Shown: positions 57,145 through 64,000 of the stretch, one piece after another
Layout of the letters: each line of letters starts with the position of its first letter
Position numbering within the stretch: the stretch's first letter is position 1
NCBI GenBank assembly: GCA_012295275.1
Contig: CM022673.1
Coordinates: 29,264,001 to 29,328,000, forward strand
Source of the DNA: Chrysomallon squamiferum
Taxonomy: Eukaryota > Animalia > Mollusca
Reading direction: 5' to 3'
DNA length: 64,000 bases
Position numbers and translations under genes: made by a program
Notes under the pieces: model-generated
Told to the model about the DNA's origin: nothing
Database searches by the model: none
What the model saw: only the letters and a program-made list of their open reading frames with translations

Positions 57145-59153
57145 TACATGTGAAATATACCTTTTTGTTTGTACACCTTACTTTGTCGACCATCATCTAA
57201 GCATTCTGATGAAATATGTATTCAAAAAAGAATTTATATAAAAATAGGTTAAAAATTAGAAGATAATACATTGTGATGTGCATCCTGAACATAGCAAGCA
57301 GAAAGAACATTTCATTGAAATCTTATACCAACAGTCAGAATCTGATCATCCATTACGTACTACTAAACTATCCCTGTTTTAACCCCAACCTGTTGAGGTC
57401 GCGTCTAAAATAACTGAATTGTTCCACATAGATTTTCACTAGGTACATGCTCAAAAATAAAAAATGTGTGGAATTTATGTTGAAATTATGTTCAAACGTT
57501 TGGAAGGGGGAAGGTTCGGTATTTCGTTTTGAGTGTGCATAAGGATTTTGTTGGTTTTTGTGTTACTGTTTTGTTGTTGGTTTTTTTTTTTTTGTTGGTT
57601 TTTTTGTTTCTTCATTTCTGCTTGCCTTCCTTTTTTCTCTTAAATGCAAATTTAATAAATATTATAATTTTTATTTCTTCTTTTTTGCTGACTACTGATA
57701 GCCTACTTTAGTTTTACAACTAAACGTTTTTGTCATTTGTGTGTAGGTAAGTGTTTCTATTGGACGGTCACAACATTTTTAATTTAACTGGTGCAGCCTC
57801 CTCTCCCACGGTCGTGTCTTGTATATAAATAATAATTATCAAATCGTGCAATGCCATCTGACTGTAAACGGAATCACTAGCCCATCAGAATCGAAGATTC
57901 GTAACAGCGGAATTACTTCATCAAAATGAAGGTAAAATTTACGTTTCTTTTTCTTTTTTTCTCTCTGTCTTCTGTATCTATCTATCTATTTATCTACATC
58001 AGGTGGTGGTTCTAGATATCGGACAAATAGTTTGTGCGCAAAAGTACTTGGAAGTTTTGACTCAAAGAATAACTTACATTGATGTTGTTGTTTTTTCTAT
58101 TATTAATTTTGTTTGTTGCTGTTTTCTTTGTTTTGGTGTGTTTTAAATGTGTTTATTTTGTTGCTGTTTTGTGGTTTTGATTTTTCGTGTTGCATTTATT
58201 TATTTATTTATTTTATTATTATTATTATTATTAATATTAATTTTGTTTTATCTTTTTATATTTATTTATTTATATATTCTGAGGGGATAATAGAATCATA
58301 AAACAGTAAATATATTTATAAAGAAATCAATAATCAATAACCATAAGATGGTGAAGTATGTGTGGTATAAATGTTAGAAATTCGGAATCCTATTTGCTTT
58401 GAAACGCACTTTTTCTAATTGCATTTTGAAAGTTTTGTTTGTTTGTTTTTTAAACTGTTACTGGCAGTAGCAGATATGTTCATAATCTAAAGAAACTTTA
58501 CCACAGTTATAAATCGCTTTACCTGAAAAAACAGAAAAATGACACATGCATGAAGTAAACAGTAGAAAAGATCAATATGTCAGAGTAATAAATATCAAAA
58601 ATGACAACCAGACAACATCCGAAAATGACGTCAGAGTTGACCAAAGTGAGGCGGGTTACAAATCACACATTCATAGACAACATACGAAGAATCACTCAAA
58701 TTCAGTAAGAAATTGGATAAAAGCATCTGTGACCACCCCTTGCCTCAGTGGTCAAAACCTCTTCGACTCGGAGATGTCAGCCATTCAGTTTTGAGGGTAT
58801 GAATCAGTTCTACTTGTTGGCTTGACGGTGTAGATAATGTTGAACATGGCGATCTATAACATCCTACATGCGTTCAGTTATGGACATGTCTGGCGTGAGT
58901 ACGGACAATTGCTCAATGGAAGTTCGTTATAAAAAAAGTGAGATATGGGGTAATTGCTAGCCTCTGATATTTTTTAACAATAAAATTTTATTTTAGGTTA
59001 CGGTATTTATGTTTAACTGGCTGGGTGCGGCTAGGAATCTCTGATGTAACGAGTGACTTCAGTTTATCAAACATTTTAAATAAAATAACATTATTAATTC
59101 TAAATCAGCAATATTTTATTCATAAAACATCATCAGAATTACCAGTTCGGCAT

Positions 59154-59752
59154 AGAGTTCAAGGGCATTATAGTTTAGCTTAGCACAGAAATGTCGAGAG
59201 TTCAAGGACAGTTTTGTTTAGCAGAGAAAGGTCAACAAGAGTTCAAGGACATTAATTTAGTTTAGCACAGAAAGGTCAACACGAGTTCAAGCACATTAGT
59301 TTTGCACAGAAAGGTCAACACCAGAGTTCAAGCACATTAGTTTAGTTTAGCACAGAAAGGTCAACCAGAGTTCAGGCACATTACAGTTTAGTTTAGCACA
59401 GAAAGGTCAACACAAGAGTTCAGGCACATTACAGTTTAGTTTAGCACAGAAAGGTCAACACAAGAATTCAGGCACATTACAGTTTAGTTTAGCACAGAAA
59501 GGTCAACACAAGAGTTCAGGCACATTACAGTTTAGTTTAGCACAGAAAGGTCAACACAAGAGTTCAAGCACATTAGTTTTGAACAGAAAGGTCAACACAA
59601 GAGTTCAGGCACATTACAGTTTAGAGTTCAGAAAGGTCAACACAAGAGTTCAGGCACATTAGTTTAGTTTTTAGAACGAAATGTTCAACACAAGAGTTTA
59701 GAACGAAATGTCGACACAAGAGTTCAGGCACATTACAGTTTAGTTTAGCACA
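59154..59752. repeat. 48-bp minisatellite, ~13 copies with degenerate edges
   Basis: Unit agagttcaggcacattacagtttagtttagcacagaaaggtcaacaca. Copies at 59415, 59463 and 59511 define the period. Confidence 0.95.
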
Positions 59753-60525
59753 TCGGTTACATCGGTACCGATCTCTCGCTTGCAGTGTTTGGGTGTCATT
59801 CATACACCTTATTTGAGATTGTAAACGAGGCATGTTCATTTCATTTTTTCTTATCAAAAACACCTGCCGCTTCATTTTCTGCACACATTATTATGTTTGG
59901 TCTCAGTGTTTTATATTTATTAATTTCAACATGTTTTTCAATTAAAATGAAATTTCAGTTTTATAGTGGTAAATATGGTCATATTTCCTATAACGTGTGT
60001 GTATGCATGTCTTACATAAATAATTATATGTATTTTTGGAGTAGTGATAGTCACGAACTAGATCACTATTCTTTGATGGGCTGAATACAGATTATCGACC
60101 ATCCAGATATCAAAACCTGATGAGGATTTTTTGTTATCGTTTTAGCGAAAGATTTCTATAATAGTTTAGTGTGCATAGCTTAAACCATTTCTGCGCTTCA
60201 CAAAGAAAAGGAAGAAAGAAAAACTGAAAATAAAATCCCCGCAGATTTGCTGTAAAGAGTTCTACACGTTGTGCACTTTGTGCTGGTGGGAGGCAACGTC
60301 TTGAAGAAAAGGACACAAGCGTTGGTTGGGTAATTAGTGAAAAGCAAAATCAAACACGGAAGTAACATTTCCGTAACAGCTGATGCCGTCTGCCTGAAAT
60401 GTATTTTGAAATATATCATCACTGCATTAAAACAAATAGCTTACATTGCATTATTACAGCTGGAGGGTGTTTTGTACCAGTACTAGATTGTCATTTTTAT
60501 AAATGAGTTCCCATCCGTCCAGTCT

Positions 60526-60528
<3 letters not shown>

Positions 60529-60617
<89 letters not shown>
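60529..60617. repeat. (CT)n microsatellite just upstream of the putative Trunk-like first exon
   Basis: Perfect run. Confidence 0.98.
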
Positions 60618-60621
<4 letters not shown>

Positions 60622-60805
60622 TTTTTTTTTTATTTTATATATATATATATATATCTTTTTTTTTCTTTTTTTTTTCTTATATCTTTGAGACTAAATATGC
60701 GAATCGGCGAATTTATGAATGTATTTTTGGAAACGCAGTTCAGCTGTATTACATTTTGTGGAAGTATCAAAAAGCTTAGTTAGTCATTTTACTTCAGATT
60801 GCTAG

Positions 60806-61055
60806 GTAAGTTTCTTCTGGTTAAACCAGACAAAGTTGATGCTGTTTCTACTCACGGGAATAACTACGGATGGTAAATTACAAGTGTTGATGAATTGTAC
60901 TAATCTGGTAATCTGAGACCTAGTTCACTTACATTGACAGAGTGGGCAGCGGTTTTAACACAGCTAATCTAGAACAAAGGTACATCTCCTCAGTAGGAAG
61001 AGTTCTTTAGTATGTAACCTCTATTTCGAACACTATATGAACAACTGTTACGAAT

Positions 61056-61114
<59 letters not shown>

Positions 61115-61396
61115 GGAGAGAGCACTATCATCATTAAATTAAAGATAGAAAGAAAATTTAAGAATTTATTGCATTACAAGACAGTTAAATTCATGCAATT
61201 TTTATTTTATTTCAATATTATATCCTATTTATATCCTATACTCAAAGTATATAATTCTTTATTTATCCATCTACCTTCGTGAATTATACCAATAATCTTC
61301 TATTTCCTAAAACTTCATTACAATCTAGATTTGGGGAAAATAATTATTTAACTATTATACTGCTAATTTACCAACTGTATGTTATTTTTATTTCAG
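60806..61396 (+). other. Putative 591-nt intron in the 5' region of the Trunk/PTTH-like gene
   Basis: Consensus donor AG|GTAAGT at 60806-60811 and acceptor ttatttttatttCAG ending at 61396, 9 nt before ATG 61406. Confidence 0.5.
61037..61091. repeat. (AC)n microsatellite inside the putative intron
   Basis: Perfect run. Confidence 0.97.
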
Positions 61397-61405
61397 AACA
61401 TAATA

Positions 61406-61783
61406 ATGGCGTCCATGTGGTCTTTGCTATTAATTAAAGTGTATTCCGAATTCGCCGTGGTTAAGAAAGATGGGCTTAATCCCTTCAACAATATGCAACA
61501 GTCGTGGTCGTGTAACTTTCGTCTAGGATGGAGATATTTAGGAGACGATTATGTTCCTCCGCGAGTAGTTGAAGCAACTTGCCTCAATTCCAGATGCGTC
61601 CATGACATTTATCCCTGCACCGCTTTTCCATACACGCTCTACGTGTTAAGACGTTGCCCTTTACGCAACTGCAACGATCACCGAGTACCAGTTATTATAC
61701 GATCTGATTTTCAGCTTGTTCGCCTGTTTGTAAATACATCGTGTATTTGTACCAATTTTCAGCTTGCTGTTGGGAATAACTAG
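61406..61783 (+). CDS. Trunk/PTTH-like secreted cystine-knot protein (~125 aa)
   Basis: MASMWSLLLIKVYSEFAVV (weak signal-like), then KK, then W-S-C...W-R-Y-L-G-D-D-Y-V-P...C-L-N-S-R-C..D..C...YTLYVLRR-C...C-N-D...VNTS-C-I-C. This follows the Trunk-family pattern WxC..W.DLG..Y.PR....C...C....C....T+.VLRR....C....VN.CC.C and has 8 Cys. The start could be 61406, or the exon could be spliced in phase 0 at 61397. Confidence 0.8.
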   Translation: MASMWSLLLIKVYSEFAVVKKDGLNPFNNMQQSWSCNFRLGWRYLGDDYVPPRVVEATCLNSRCVHDIYPCTAFPYTLYVLRRCPLRNCNDHRVPVIIRSDFQLVRLFVNTSCICTNFQLAVGNN

Positions 61784-64000
61784 GAAGGCAGAACACGCAA
61801 AACTTGTTTTGTGATGAAAAGAGAGGACGACTTTTTCATGTTGTTTTTTTGTTTTGTTCTGGGTTTTAAAAAAATTTTTCTGCTGGTGTTATTTGCTTTT
61901 CAGAATATATATGTGATGTAATGTGAATATTCTAAAACAATGAATTCTTTGTCGATCTTTTTTTCTTTTTATTTTTTTAAATGAAATATATATTGCCGTT
62001 GAGCGTATTTTAACTTTCAATTAAATTTCAGACAAATTTGCATCAACATTTTTAATGATATGAATTTAATCAAATTTGTATATTTAAACTACTTGCAGGT
62101 ACCACCATATACATACACGCAACGCATGCACGCACGCACCACATCAATGGGTGATGGCCTATTAATTTGCTTCAGTCATTTAAAACTGTTATTTTATTTT
62201 ATTGTTTTATTTTCAAAAATATTTTGACATCTTATTTAAAATAAATTCTTCTACTATTTCCACTTTGTTATGACAGCAATTATTCAGAAATGTGTTATTC
62301 AGTATGATTTAGATTTATAATATGGAAGATTAATCTCTTTTAAAGAGCAGTGTTAATGAGAAAACGTTAATTTTGTTACAATGAAAAGTCATCTGTAATA
62401 GTGACACCGGTCTTATGGAGTATGTGGCGCTGGAATCAGTCTTTAAACTATATCTTAATCCGAAGGTGCATCAGAAAATGAGTATAACATGAAATTCAGT
62501 ATATAAATAAAGCAATAAAACACATGCACTAGTGAATATTGTTAGTGCCTAGTTAGTGTAATGTGTTTCTGTGGTGTGATTATGGTGTATAGTTGGTATA
62601 GTTGTGGTGTATGTATAGTATATAATTTGTGAGTGACTAAGAGATACATCTAATAAATGAAAACGAATAAATAACAAAAATCAGTGAAAATGTACATCAA
62701 TTTAATATCATAAAAAATATTGCAGTTTAATTTCATAAAGATAAAAATATAAATTATACATTTTATTTGTTAGCACCAGGACAATTTACTGACAGAAGAT
62801 CTGGACTAAAATTAAAATAATAAAGCATTTAAACGGAAGCAATGGATGACAGGATGGAAGGACCCATTTATATCAAATTTGGCACTGCATACTGAAACTC
62901 AAAAAATGACAATCTTGTACTGGTATAAAACACCCTCCAACTATAATAATATAATATTCAGAACAAGTACTGTAAGCCATTTACAAGAATTTTCAGCAGT
63001 AATTTCAAGCACATAATTACAGGTTAATAAAATGTAATTGATCATTGTAATTCATTTATTATTTATAATGTTTGACAATAATAATTTATAAAAACTAATC
63101 AAAAAGTGATTTTATATTCAGATAATGAATATTAATTTTTACTCATTTTAAATATTAATGTTGTAATAAATTGTTATTAAATAACATTAATATTTGATCA
63201 GTCAAATGCATTTTGTACAGTTATAAAGTATAACAATCACATCCCATTAATTAAATGAATCATTGCTGAAAACATTTATTTGTTTATTTATCTGTCAAAA
63301 TCATTTATAACTTGAAAAAAAATAATAAATACAAAATTTGAACATATTTCTGATTGAATGGTAAAGAGATATAAACACTTAAGACTGTGAAATATTATTA
63401 ATTAATGTAAATTATCAGATTATTTATCAACATTTTTATTATACTCTAATACACACTTTGTATGTTTGTCAGTATATGTGCGCTGTGTGTGCTTGTGTAT
63501 TAAGTCCTTATTGAGCATATTTAAAACAAAATTTACAAAATAAAAACTTCACCAGGTATAAACAATTAACAGAATGATAACAAACTTTCATCTAGTTCTA
63601 CTTTCAAATCAACTTTATACAACATAAATAACATGAATATATGAAACACAGTATGAATTAACAAGTATTTCTATAAATTAAAACTAATACTGCAGTCTGT
63701 TCTACTGCTAAAACTTGAAGAGTAATCAAATATGCTGGTTTCATGGACCAAGTTGAATTTCAGTGTTATTCAGTACACTATTTCAAATGATTAATGCTTG
63801 TCTTTTTATAATGCAGACAGATGAAACAAAGAAGCATTTAAAATAGTAATTGCTGTTACTATTTAATAACAAAATACAGTTTTATCTACAAAAGACAGTG
63901 CATTTTATGCAAAGTAAGGGAGGAACAGAAGATGTCACAATGATGTATTACACCAGACAGACATCAGATCATTTATCCAGCTAGGTGGGAGATTTGTTGA

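Noticed and set aside
58730-58850. Possible minus-strand reverse-transcriptase remnant (MFNI.YT-like)
   Set aside because: Too short and frameshifted, with no YADD motif visible.
60117-60155. ctgatgag...cgaaa possible hammerhead core
   Set aside because: Stem II cannot pair properly and no flanking stems are evident.
61379-61783. Calling the cystine-knot ORF IL-17
   Set aside because: The W..LG..Y.P, VLRR and VN..C.C spacing fits Trunk/PTTH better. It lacks the IL-17 RS.CPW/SPW motif. Not fully excluded without a profile search.
63936-64000. Short minus-strand open frame at the window edge (STNLPPSWINDLMSVWCNTSL*)
   Set aside because: Too short to support as a CDS without the adjacent sequence.

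Overview
This is AT-rich, microsatellite-laden animal genomic DNA. It looks lophotrochozoan, probably molluscan, inferred from the gene content, repeat style and TTAGGG-type telomeric motif. There are no prokaryotic features. Two genes are supported. (1) A 5-HT1-type serotonin GPCR with an intronless coding region (33633-35088, +), split by a single extra base in TM3 at about 34038. (2) A short cystine-knot protein (61406-61783, +) that matches the Trunk/PTTH family pattern but seems to lack the usual long prodomain. An array of 48-bp repeats carrying ten AAAGGTCA nuclear-receptor motifs lies 1-1.6 kb upstream of its putative first exon. The rest is non-coding: two decayed LINE fragments, degenerate SINE-like copies, several minisatellites (one with higher-order structure), an interstitial telomere-like tract, many microsatellites and CpG-containing candidate regulatory blocks. 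The last ~1.1 kb is almost free of CpG, hinting at a neighbouring methylated gene. Almost all other ORFs in the supplied track are microsatellite or low-complexity artefacts. Family assignments come from motif recognition by eye, not database searches.
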